In this document: positions 39,411-51,321 of the stretch, one piece after another
Layout of the letters: every line of letters begins with the position of its first letter
How positions within the stretch are numbered: the stretch's first letter is position 1
Source of the DNA: Eledone cirrhosa
Taxonomy: Eukaryota
Length of the DNA: 64,000 nucleotides
Direction: 5' to 3'
NCBI GenBank assembly: GCA_964016885.1
Contig: OZ024742.1
Coordinates: 289,106,001 to 289,170,000, forward strand
The notes under the pieces: model-generated
Database searches by the model: none
What the model was told of the DNA's origin: nothing
What the model saw: only the letters and a program-made list of their open reading frames with translations
Translations under genes and position numbers: made by a program

Positions 39411-40319
39411 TATGGAGTAGTGTTTTAACCCTTTTGATACCAACTGCCTGAAATTGCCCTTGGTTTTATGATACAAAACTAACCATCTTAAAGTGTTTAT
39501 ATCTATCTAAAAAACTTCCATCATAATTTTATGTAAAATCATTTGTTGAGTTGTGATCTAAATACCAGCTTTATAATAAGCAAATTAGTTATATAAGTAT
39601 CAAATTCTTGATTATTTTCATAATTGCTTGAAAATCATAGACAATATCTTTCATTAGCAATATAGTAATACACATAAATATTAACAAAACTGTTTATTTA
39701 AAAGTGTTTATATTTATCTAAAAGCCCCCCAACATAGTTTTATGTAAGAATCTTATCTTTCTAATGTTCCAGACACTAACTTAATAATGAGAAAGGTTAT
39801 ATTAGTTATATTACTGAATCACTCCAAATTCGTGGTTATTTTTCAAATTATTGAAAATCACCAGCATATTTATATCTTACAATATCATTTCCCCAATACT
39901 AACTACATCTCTTTCCATTTTCCTTTCAATCGTCTGTGGTTTCATCACAGTTGACAGTTGATTTCATAATGAAGGAGCTTTTATATGACCGAAGAGTCAC
40001 AAAGGACAATATGGCGTCTGTTACTAGCTTTTAGCTTGTTCATGTCAGTTGGGATAAGGACTCACTCCATCATAACACGTAGATTTTATATGATGTCATT
40101 TTTCTTTCTCTCACTCTCTCTTGCTCACTCTTTTTGATCAATGTCTCCAACACTAATTTTTACTTATTTTTTTCCTGCACTTTGTCATGTTGTTTTCTTT
40201 GATTCTTTTTTGCTTAGCTGGATTATTTAATCTCTCTTCCCAAGCTGCCCACTCACTATCTATCTATCAGTCAATCTATCTATCTATCTCCCTCTTTGTG
40301 TGTGTGTGTGTGTGTGTTA

Positions 40320-41101
40320 TTATTGCGTTCTGCATTCAAATCCCACCAGGATAAACTTTGGCTTTCATCATTTCGTGGTTGATAAAATAAAGTACCAGTC
40401 AAGTACTGGGATCGATTTAATCAACTTTCCCCCTACCCCAAATTACTGGCTTTGGGGCAAATGTAGAAATAATAATTGTTTCTACTTTAGGCACAAGGCC
40501 AGCAATTACCCAGTACATTACTGGTACTTTATTTTATCGACCCCGTAAGGATGAAAGGCAAAGTCAACCTCGGCGGGATTTGAACTCAGATCGTAAAGGG
40601 ACGTAACTATGCTGGAAAGCATGGCGTCCGACCCTCTACCAATACTGCCAATCCACCGCCCTTTGTAGAATGTAGAAATGTAGAAATAATAATAATAAAT
40701 GTTTCTACTTTAGGCACAAGGCCAGCAATTTGAAGAGGAGGGGAAAGTCGATTAAATCGACCCCAGTGCATTACTGGTATTTTATTTATCGACCCCATAA
40801 GGATGAAAGGCAAAGCTAACCTCAGTTGTTGTTTTTTTACTCAGAACGTAAAGGGCCGTAACTCTATGCTACGAAGCATGGTGCCTGACGCTCTACCGAT
40901 ACTGCCAATCCACTGCCTTTATTATTAACACCATGCTTTGCAGCATAGGAGTTATAGCCCTTTACCTTCTGAGTTCAAATCCGGCGAGCTTAACTTTGCC
41001 TTTCTTCCTTACGGAGTCGATAAAATAAAGCACCAGGGGTAATTGCTAGCCTTGGGTAATTGCACTGGGGTAATTGCTAGCCTTGTGCCAAAAGTAGAAA
41101 C
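40320..41101. mobile_element. Cluster of four family-A SINEs in +,-,-,+ orientation
   Basis: Copies at ~40325-40470(+), 40476-40660(-), 40700-40917(-), 40928-41101(+). Confidence 0.85.
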
Positions 41102-41825
41102 ATTATTATTATTATTATTTCATTTTCGGGAGGACATGTTGCCAATAAAAAACGCAGGCACCAGTTGTGATTCACTCTGGTTTTATTATTAATCAAGTAA
41201 TTAATTCATTCCTTAGTTTTAGTAACTGGATGATTATTTAATTGTCAAAGCTCTTTCATCACACATACTGTGATCTTCTCAATATTTTTGCTCTTCTTTG
41301 TCTCTTCATTTTAATGTTGCTTTATCTACTCTATCTCATCTTACTGTGGTGTTTATGTTGTATGCATATGCATGTATGTGTATGTATGTGTATGTGTATA
41401 TGTGTGTGCTCGCATATGTGTGTACCCATGTTTGCATGTGTGTGTGTGGAGTATATATCATGTTTGCATGTGCGTGTGTGTGTGTGTGCCCATGTTTGCA
41501 TGTATGTGTGTGTGTGTGCCCATATTTGCATGTGTGCGTGGGTGTGTGTGTGTTCATGCTTGTATGTGTGTGTGCGTTCATGTTTGCATGTGTGTGTGTC
41601 TTTTTATAATGCTATTTCCACAATTTTGTGTTTGACATGTGTCCCTGTGTGTATCCATGTATGTATGTATGTCTTTATATCTTTATAGTAGGAAGAATGA
41701 TTAACTTACAAAATTTTTTTATTTAATCAATTATACATAAACACATTATGTCAACTATATTTTACAGACAGAAGTTATACAATGATGGAAATACGACAAA
41801 AAAAAACAGATAAAAACAAAATTAA

Positions 41826-42237
41826 TCCTTTAGCATTTAAACCGGCTAGAATTCTATCACCTTCTTTCTGGTCGTAATTGGCCATTCATACTTATGTTAA
41901 GGTATTGTTCTTAAAATAAATAATATCAAAATCTCATAGATTCAATATTATGTGAGATAAAGTGAAGGCGTGTGGCTGATTGGTTAGAGAACTGAATTTG
42001 CAATCGTGAGGTTGTCAGTTCGATTCCTGGACTGGGTGATACATTATGTCCTTGAGCAAGACACTTTATTTCACATTGCTCCTTCTTCCTGGAGTTGCCA
42101 CTGATAGATAGTACTAGCAAGTGGAAAGACCGACGAAAACATTGTTTAGTTGGTCTGATTTGATGAAAGTCGATCAAAATAAAGCCTTTACCACAAAAAT
42201 ACAATAGCAAATATAGAGTAATGGGTATGCTAAAGGA
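41826..42237. mobile_element. piggyBac-like MITE interrupted by a family-B SINE head
   Basis: TTAA-TCCTTTAGCAT ... ATGCTAAAGGA-TTAA; SINE at ~41965-42085. Confidence 0.65.
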
Positions 42238-42991
42238 TTAAGAAATGAAAAGATGAGGGAAGGGGTAAAGAAGGGCAGATTTGGCTGTATAGGAAAGTAG
42301 AGGGAAGAACTAAAAATACCATAAATGGGAGAAAAAGGAGGGAAAAAGCAAGGACTATTAGACCACGGAAGAAAGGGAGGAGGTTGGGAGAGGGTGATAA
42401 GCTCTATGCCTATGGCGGGGTGGTGTTTTGCTGTGCCCTACGCTGTTCATGATAATAGTGATAATGGTTTCTAATTTAGGCACAAGGCCAGCAATTTTGG
42501 TAAGGGAAAGTCGATTATATCAACTTTAGAACATGACTGATACTTTATTTTATTGACTACTAGAAGGATGGAAGATAAAGCTGACTTCCGCAGGATTCAA
42601 CATGAGAAGTTTAATTCTGTAGCAAATATTGCAAATCAATTTGTCTGATACTCTAACAATTTTGCCAGATCACCAATAATATTTTATTGCCATGAGTGTG
42701 ATCGAGATAATAATAATAATAATAATAATGATTTCATTTATTGGCCACAAGGCCTGACATATAGGGGACAATACAAAAGACTGGGACAGTGGGGTTTTAC
42801 AGAAAAATCGAGTAAACAATATGAATAACAATAACAAAGTAACAATAAAGTAACAAGAAAATTACAAGAAAAAGTTCCCCAATAGGGGGATGACCACCTA
42901 GGGTTCGCTCAGGTACCCCACCAGTCCTGAACGACCTGACGCTTCGAGAGCACCCTGGAAGGGCACCCCTCTCCTCTTCAAATTTACCTAC

Positions 42992-45900
42992 CTACAGCCG
43001 CATGACCAGAGTAGGCCCACTCACAGAGGCCATTCTCGCCACATTCACCCACCTTTCAGCAAATGTACTGGGGGGCAGCACTTCTCTCTCCACCCACACC
43101 TTCCTTTCCAAGTGAAACGTGAAAAAGTTGATGAGGGATTGGTCGAAGAGAAAAGTGTCTGTCTTCAGTCCTTTCAACCTCGTCCACCATACAACCTCTT
43201 TCGCTACTGCCACCAGACAGAGGAAAATTGCCTACCCTTCCTGGCCAAAAGAAGGCGGCGGGTCGATCATCACTATGGACTCGGTCGATAGCCGGATCCG
43301 TTCTACACACGACAACAGCTGTTCAACATAACTCCACAAGTCAGTAATGCACGGACACTGGACGAGTGCGTGCAGAACGGTTTCGTCGCTCTGCGCGCAT
43401 CTCGAGCAGGTCTGTCTGACAGCACTTCCGTGCCTGTAGAGTTTATCTCGAACCAGCAGTGCCCCCCGGTAGCACTGCCAAGCGAGGGATTTTTGGAAAT
43501 TATCCATCATCCCGGGCTCGAAAGTCCTCCAGTACAGATTGGTTAGTTCGACTTCGTTGACTCCTAGAGCCTCTCCGAGTGCGTCGTCGCACTTGCCCAC
43601 CACTAATCCTCTATAGAACTCGAGAATGGAAGTTCCACTGACCTCATTGCCCACCTGGTAGAGGGCAGTGAGTGCCTGGCAACATTCCAGATGCCAGTCA
43701 CCCAGTCTCGGTCTCTTCTTGACCCAAGACTGCAGCTCAGTCAAAGAAACGAGCTGCGGAAAGGCCCATCTGACAAACGGCGACCGCACCTGTTCACCGT
43801 TTAGGCAGAATATCTGGAGATGCCGCAGCCTCAGCGCGTGCCTGCGCATCAATAGCCTTGGCTTGCCCAGCCCTCCACGTAGAGGGTGCTGGCAGCAGAT
43901 GGACCGCCTCACCAGCAGAACCTGACCCCTCCACAAGAATTTGAAGAGGAGCCGCTTCAAGATGGCGAGGCGCGAACGGGGGCAAGGGACGACAGTCAGA
44001 CGGTAGTAGATGATGGACGCGATGTACGCGTTCGCCACCTCCGCCCGACCTTTCAGTGATAGCTTCATCCCAGCCCATTTCTGGGTGAGACTGACTACCC
44101 TGCCTGTCACCGCATCCCAATTCTTATCCACCATGAGGTCTGGCCCGAACCAAACCCCTAGCAACTTTACCGGTCCGTCCGTCCAGCGCCTAACGACGCT
44201 GTTGGACGGCATGGACTTGCCTCTCCAGGTGCCGAGTTGCAAGCCCACTGACTTTTCCGGGTTAAGTTTTGCTCCCGTCAACCTTTCATATTCCTCCAAT
44301 AAGTTGCCGACCACCTCGATTTCTGAGGTGTCTGACACCATCACGGTGATGTCGTCCGCATAAGCCGACACAGCCTTTCCGCGTCCCGGTTCGAGCGGGA
44401 TGCCCTGTAACAGCTCCAGCTTCCGCAGTAAAGGCTCGAGAGTCAATATGTACAGAAGGGAGGAGAGAGGGCAACCTTGACGGACCGATCAGGAGACCTG
44501 AAACGGTTCCGAGAGGTGGCCATTAATTTTGACCATCGAGCAGGTGCTGCTGTGCATTGCAGCGATCCAGCTTCTGAAGACGGGGCCGAAGCCAGCCGCC
44601 TTGAGGACAGCCTCCAGGTACCGATGGTTGACCCTATCGAATGCTTTCGATTGATCTAAATTGATCAGAGCCCCACCGAAGCCAGGTTTACACCCTACCC
44701 TCTCTATGATGTATCGCATTAGGTGGAGGTTGTCATGTATGGACCTGGTTGGGATTGCGCAAGTTTGCGCCTCCCCAACCAAATCCCCGACGACAAGCGC
44801 CAACATCTTCACTAACACCCTGGCCAAAATCTTAAACTCTGTGTTGAGCAGAGTTATGGGCCTGAGATTGTCTAATGTGTCCCTCTTGTTCTCGTCTTTC
44901 CTTATCAGCGTCACTACGCCCCGGCTCACAGAACTGGGAATACTCCCGTTTTGCTGCCAGTTGCAGTAGAGGGCTTCGAGGAGATTGGAGAACAAGTCTG
45001 GCATATTTATGTAAAGCTCGTAGGGCAGACCATTCAAACTGGGTGACTTGCGCCTCATGCAGCCGACAAGGGCATCCTGAATCTTGGCTGAAGTAATTGG
45101 CCTTTCACAGTGCCCAGCGTCAGCCGTCGAGAGTTGCGGCAAGCCATCGAGGTAGGGACTGAAGTCCGCCACCATCTCTGACCCACCACTTCCCCCGAAC
45201 AACCGAGCAAAATGTTGGCGAAAGGCCTCACACATCCTCTTGGAATCGCTCAGCTCGTGCCCGTCTCGGTCCGTCGAAGACCGAATCGTGGTTTTATTTC
45301 CACGCTGCGCCTCTTCCACGCGGGCCCATCGAACAGCTTTGGTTCCCTCGTTTCTCAGAGCACGCACCTTAGTTCTGTCAATGCAACCTTCGTGTTTCGC
45401 ATTGAAGAAATGGTCTAATGCCATTCTCGCCGCTAGCACATTAGTTGCAATGCCACTACCAATAGCCTCGTCTAACTTATCTACCAACTCCCCCTCCTTT
45501 CTATTTTTCTCTAATGCTACTTCTTTGCTAAACTCTATCAACATTACTCTAATCTCTCTTTTGAGAGCCCCCCACCATCTATTGTTGACGACTCCCCCTG
45601 TCAACTTTTTCTTAACTAAATTGTTGACTTGGTCCCTGTAAGCCTTACATGCCAGAAATGACATGTTTAGCTTCCAGTAACCAGGTCCTAACCTACGCGT
45701 CTTATCTAGGTCGACCATACAGATCACAAACTTGTGATCTGAATAGGCGACCGTTTCAAAACGTGGACAGCTTACACTATTTCTGTCTATTTTCCTAATG
45801 AATATCCTGTCTATATACGGTCTAAATGACCCTATGCGGTGAGCCCAGGTCCACACAGGCGCATTAGGGAAATCTAGTCGGTACCTGTCAGACAGTTGGA

Positions 45901-46414
45901 ACTGGCTGATCAGGTTCTTGAGGCTTTTGCACCCCCCGCTCCTATCGGATACTCCCACACAGTCCCAGCGTGCGTCTAAGATGCCGTTCCAGTCCCCCGC
46001 TAACAGTAAAGGGCGAGACGTACCCAGAAAGGCTTCCAGGTGTCTAAAGAAGTTCGGCCGTCCAGCCCCAGTAGGAGCATAGACGGCCACCAGTCTAAAG
46101 TCACCACCTTCATTATTGTTCACGTCCAGGACCACCAACTTCCCATCCGAGTCCCGGAAGATCGACCTTACCTCGAGATCCAGGCCTTTCCTAAACACCA
46201 CTGCCACTCCGCCTCCCATTCCCGGCTGGCTAACAGATGCAAAGATCTGATAGTCGTCGAAAATGGGGGCTAGTGCGCGCATGTCGAAAATCCTGGTCTC
46301 ACTGACTGCAATTACATCCATTTCTATAGACCTGAGGTCGTTGAGCAGGTGACCCTGCTTCCAGGACGATCCCAGGCCTCGAACATTTAAACATCCTACT
46401 CTTAATACGGCCAT
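42992..46414 (-). pseudogene. Tx1 ORF2 (APE-RT-CCHC) broken by about two frameshifts
   Basis: 641-aa + 404-aa + C-terminal pieces: GCLNVRGL, SET, AGDWN, YIDRI, YSDH, RPITLLN, DQSKAFDRV, AYADD, CSRC...ETVLHALVQC. Confidence 0.95.
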
Positions 46415-46449
46415 GTCGGCAGGTTAAACAGAGAGAGAGGAAGGTTTAC

Positions 46450-48131
46450 TTACCTTCCGGGCTCTTCGACCTCCATAGTTAGTGGGATTTCTTTTGGGAA
46501 CCCCTTTAAAAGTCTTGAAGTAGGTTTTACGTTCGGGGTTCCCACGTCCCGAGGAAAGCTGTCTCGTATTTCTTTGAATATGTCGAGCGACATTCACACC
46601 AGAACCAAATCTTCCGGCACGCGAAATGTGCTCGATTTAAAAATTCCCCCCTCTTTTTGTATATTTTCACTTCGTGCTACGAGGGCCATCAGTTCCTTGT
46701 TGGTCCTCCTGACGAGCACAAAGTTTTGTATGTTTTGTTGGTGTGATTTTATTTGTTTGCGTGGCTGTGGTGGTGATGGTTTTGGTGTTGTTGTTGTTTC
46801 GGTTGTATCTGTGTTTGTTGTGAGTGCGGTGTCTGTGGTTTCAGATGTTTGTGTGTATATTTGTTCTTGCGTCTGTTTCGGTTGTTTGCGTTTGGGGGAT
46901 TCTGGTTATGGTGATGATGGTGTTGATGTTGGTGTTATTGAGAGATGTTTGCGTGGGTGGTGTCTGAGTTTTTTATTGTGGGTGCTTTTGTGCTTTGTTG
47001 AGTTTTTTTTTTTTTGTGTTTCTTTTTTGTATTTTGGGGGATTTTGGATTTCCCTCATTTTCACTACTGGTAGATGAGGGGTCTGTGTCTGTAAGTGTGT
47101 CTGTATGTATGTTTATGGTTTTATTGGTGTGTGTATTTTTGGGGGGAGGGGGAATTTGACAGCTTTCCTCGTTTCCCCCCTGGGTGGTCAATGTTGGTGG
47201 CGGTCTTTCTATTGGTGTTGTTGTTGGTGCTGGTGTTGGTTGTGGTCCTCGCCCTGGCGTCGGCAGCAGTGGAGCCTTTCGACCCCTTGCCTCTTTCAGC
47301 AGTTGAGGGCAGAAGGCTCGCAAATGGGTTTTTTCCCCCACAAACAAAACACTGCGGCCTTTTGCCTTCGGTCATAATGTGAATGACCGTCCCATTCTAA
47401 AGGCGGATGTGGTCCGGGATTGTCTTCACATTCTCGGGCCTCATCTGGAGAAGGATCTCCAGGTCAACCCCGGACCAGTCCTCTCTGGCCGTTCTGGTCA
47501 CTTCTATAGGGACTGTATCCGTCCCCTCCACAATCACACATCCCAGAAGCCACCACATGTCAAGTCCTGGTGGGATTCTGGGAATGCGGAGACGGGCCGT
47601 TCTTTTTCCCATGTGGGAGGGGTACATTATGACCTTGCTGGTCATAGCGTGTTTCATAGCAAGGGCTTCTGACTTGAACAACACTGAAATGGTGCCGTAC
47701 TGTCTGCCCCTCTCTATGTATTCGGTGTCTTGTCTGATGCACCTCAGCGCGACTTTGACATCTTGTGGGATTAAAGCTGCCCTTTTGGTTTGTGCTGAGA
47801 TGCATCTATAATGCACCGTTTTGCGCTCCACTGCCTCAATAGCTTCTACTGGGACAGTTAAGGTGGCCCAAGTTTGCTCTTGCTTGATGAGCTTCCATGC
47901 CTGGGCCAACTTTTCATCTTTGTTTGAGAGGTCCATGTTGAAGCATGGCCTCTTTTTTGCTGCTGCCGCAGTGAAAGTGTTCTTCTTGTTTTCGTTGGGG
48001 GTTTTGTTGTGATTGTTCTTGTTGGTGTTGTTGTTAGCACTGTCGCTGTTATCATTGTTGTCTTTGTTGCCACCGTTGTTCTCGGTGCAGTTGGTATTGT
48101 TGCTGTTGGTGTTGTCGCTATTTGTTTTCAT
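46450..48131 (-). pseudogene. Tx1 ORF1 with CCHC knuckle, frameshifted
   Basis: N-rich N-terminus, RGRQYGTISVLFKSE, KRPQCFVCG/..THLRAFCP, ends LLKGFPKEIPLTMEVEEPGR*. Confidence 0.85.
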
Positions 48132-48582
48132 GTTAGTGGTGTTGGTAATATTTTTTTTTTGTTATCTGTATTTTCGTTGTCGCTGTTACTGTCATTTTTT
48201 TCAAAATTAGTGTTCTGATTGGTATCATTGGTGTCTTTGTTTACTTTGTTTGTGGTGGTGTTTGTGTTATCAATGTGTGTTATCAATGTGTGCACGACAG
48301 CCGACATATCGCTGGGGGGCGTGGTTCAGCCATGTTTTTTTTTCTTCGTAAATTTTTTAACATGTAAAAAAAAGTTCAACATGTAAAAAAAAGTTCAAAT
48401 ATTTGGGCCAAAAGGCCCAAATATTATACTTTCCCCTTCACGGGGCAAAGTCTAAGGGCTTATATCCCTTACACAACAAGAAATATTTAACAACAAATAA
48501 TTTTAATAGGCAAATAAAGCGACTTACTGTGAGCGAGCAAAATACGTCCGCTTAGACCAATAATAATAATAATAATAATAAT

Positions 48583-50682
48583 GCTTTCTTTATTAACCAC
48601 AAGGGTTTACACAAAGTAGACATTAAGGACAGTACAGGACAATACAGGACGGTACAAAAGGGCATTTCTGCGTTTAAAAAAAAACAAAACAACAGAGGAT
48701 GTAATAATAGAACAATGAAAAAAATTCCCCAATAGGTGGGAGACTTCCGAGGGACATTCGTGGAGAAAGCCCATTAAAAATCCAGTGACCCTGACCACCA
48801 GGGCAAGTGCCCTCTCCCAGTTTTCCACCTTTAATTTACAGACACATACTCAGAGTAGGCCCATTCACTCGGGCCATTCTTGCCTCTCTCACCCATCTTT
48901 CAACAAAATGCTGGGAAGAGAGCACTTCCCTCTCTACCCTGATTTTCGTTTTCAAATGAAATTTGAAAAAGTTAATCAGGGCCTCACCGAAGAGGAAAGT
49001 GCTCGTCTTCAGCCCTTTCAAACGTGTCCACCATACTATCTCTTTCGCCATGGCCACCAGACAGATAAAAACTGCCTGCCCTTCCCGGCTAAAGGAAGAG
49101 GGTGGGGCAATCCTCACGATGGACTCAGCTGATAGCTGGATCCGTCCTACACGCGACAGCAGGTGTTCGACATAAACCCACACGTCAGCAATGCTTGGAC
49201 ACTGGACGAGTGCATGCAGGATGGTTTCGTCGCCTTGCGCGCATCACGGACATACCCGGCTGACAGCACCTCCATGCCTGTAGAGTTTATCCCGAACTGG
49301 CAAAGCTCCTCGGTAGCACTGCCAGGCCAGGGATTTCTGGAAGTTGTCCATAGGTCCCGGCCCGAAAGTTCTTCCGAAGAGATTGGCTAGTTGATTTTTG
49401 TCGATGCCTAGAGTTTCCCCAAGTACGTCGTCGCTCTTCCCCTCCACTAATCCTCTATAGAATGCCAAGGTGGAGTTTCCACCGATCACATTGCCCGATT
49501 GGTCGAGGGCTGTGAGCGCCTGAAGACATTCCAGTCTCCAAGCGCTCCCTCTCGGTCTTCGCTTGACCCAGGACTGCAGCTCCGTCAAGGAGATGAGCTG
49601 GGGAAAGACGCGTCTAGCAAACGGCGACCACACCTGATCACTGTCAAGGAAGAGGTGGAGATGTCGTAGCCTGAGCGCGTGTCTGCACATCATCAGCCAC
49701 GGCATGCCCAGCCCTCCACGTAGCGGATGTTGACAGCAGATGGACCGCCTCACCATCGGAGCACGTCCCTTCCACAAAAAGCGAAAGAGCACACGCTCCA
49801 GCACAGTCAGTAGGGGCTTAGGACAAGGTACGACGGTCAGGCGGTAGTAGATGACAGACGCGATGTACTGGTTAGATACGCTCTCGACCTTTCAGGAATA
49901 GCTTCCTTTCCGCCCATTTCTGGGTGAGAGAAGCCACCCTGCTCGTCACGTCTTTCCTGTTTTTGTCCGTCTGGAGGTCCGGACCGAACCAGACCCCTAG
50001 CAATTTAACTGGTCTGACTGTCCAGAGCCCGACGACGCTGTTGAACGGCATGGACCTGCCACTCCAGGTGCCGAGCTGCAGGCCCACTGACTTTTCCTTG
50101 TTGATCATTGCTCCTGTCACCGCTTCGTATTCCCTTAGTGTAGTGCCGATCGCCTCGATGTGTTTGGCGTTCGACACCACTACGGTGACATCGTCCGCAT
50201 ATGCTGACATGGATCTTCCGCATCTTAGTTCGCGCGGGATCCCCCTCAACGTCTCCAGTTTGTGCAGTAATGGCTCAAGAGTTAATACGTACAAGAGGGA
50301 CGAGAGGGGACATCCTTGGCGGACCGAGCGCATGATGTTGAACGGTTCCGAAAGGTGACCGTTCACTCTCACCACAGAGCAGATGTCTCTGTGCATGGCA
50401 GCGATCTAGCCTCTGAAGACGGGCCCATGATGTTGAATGAGCGCATGATGTTGAACGGTTCCGAATGGTGACCGTTCACTCTCACCACAGAGCAGATGTC
50501 TCTGTGCATGGCAGCGATCTAGCCTCTGAAGACGGGCCCATGATGTTGAATGAGCGCATGATGTTGAACGGTTCCGAATGGTGACCGTTCACTCTCACCA
50601 CAGAGCAGATGTCGCTGTGCATGGCAGCGATCCAGCCGCTGAAGACGGGCCCAAAGCCAGACTCCCTCAGGACTGCCGCTAG
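48583..50682 (-). mobile_element. 5'-truncated Tx1 LINE (copy 3), RT C-terminal half
   Basis: RQGCPLS, AYADD, KLLGVWFGP, WQCYRGALPVRDKL, stop at 48836, AATAAA then (ATT)n tail. Confidence 0.92.
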
Positions 50683-51261
50683 TTTTTTTTATTCATATCA
50701 GCACTTTATAGCATTGTTTTATAACAATAGAGAGTTATTAATCATTGTATTGGTGTGTGGGTGTTCAATATTGCAGCCACCTCTGATAATAATTGTTTCT
50801 ACTTTAGGCACAAGGCCAGCAATTACCCAGTGCATTACTGGTACTTTATTTTATCAACTTAAGTATTTTTTTATTCATTTATTGATATATTGGTGTATTT
50901 ATTTATTTATTGATATGTTCACAAAATTAGGTGTTTAGAGAGGATAGTCTAGGAGCTTAGGCAAGTTCCTTCATGGTGTTATTAAAATTCTCTAGCTGAC
51001 AGGTTTGGTTGATGGCTGGTTGGCTGGCAGGTTGATTTTTTTTCTTTTCTCATCATTTATTTCACTAGACATGTATAAATTTGAAATATAAAAAAAGATG
51101 CATAAAGGGAAAAAGTATGATACATTATTTATAAAGAAGAGAATAAAAAGTTCTTAGGAATGGAATGAAATGATATATTAAATATATATTAAATATATAT
51201 ATATATATATTTATGTAATAAACAAAATTTTGCTTTCAATCATCAGAATGAAAAAGGATTT

Positions 51262-51321
51262 TTTCATTCTGATGATTGAAAGCAAAATTTTTTGCTTTTA
51301 AGAAACCACTGGTAAATGGAA
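51262..51321 (+). ncRNA. Type I hammerhead ribozyme, apparently intact
   Basis: TTTCATT-CTGATGA-TTGAAAGCAAAA..TTTTGCTTTTAA-GAAA-CCACTG-GTA-AATGGAA; three stems pair; GUA cleavage triplet. Confidence 0.8.

Larger units (their letters stand above)
42730..48558 (-). mobile_element. Full-length, relatively young L1/Tx1-clade LINE (copy 2)
   Basis: ORF1 and ORF2 nearly intact; AATAAA near the 3' end; (AAT)n on both flanks. Confidence 0.95.

Noticed and set aside
39950-40035. Exon or short ORF MKELLYDRRVTKDNMASVTSF*
   Set aside because: Only 21 codons with no donor or homology support
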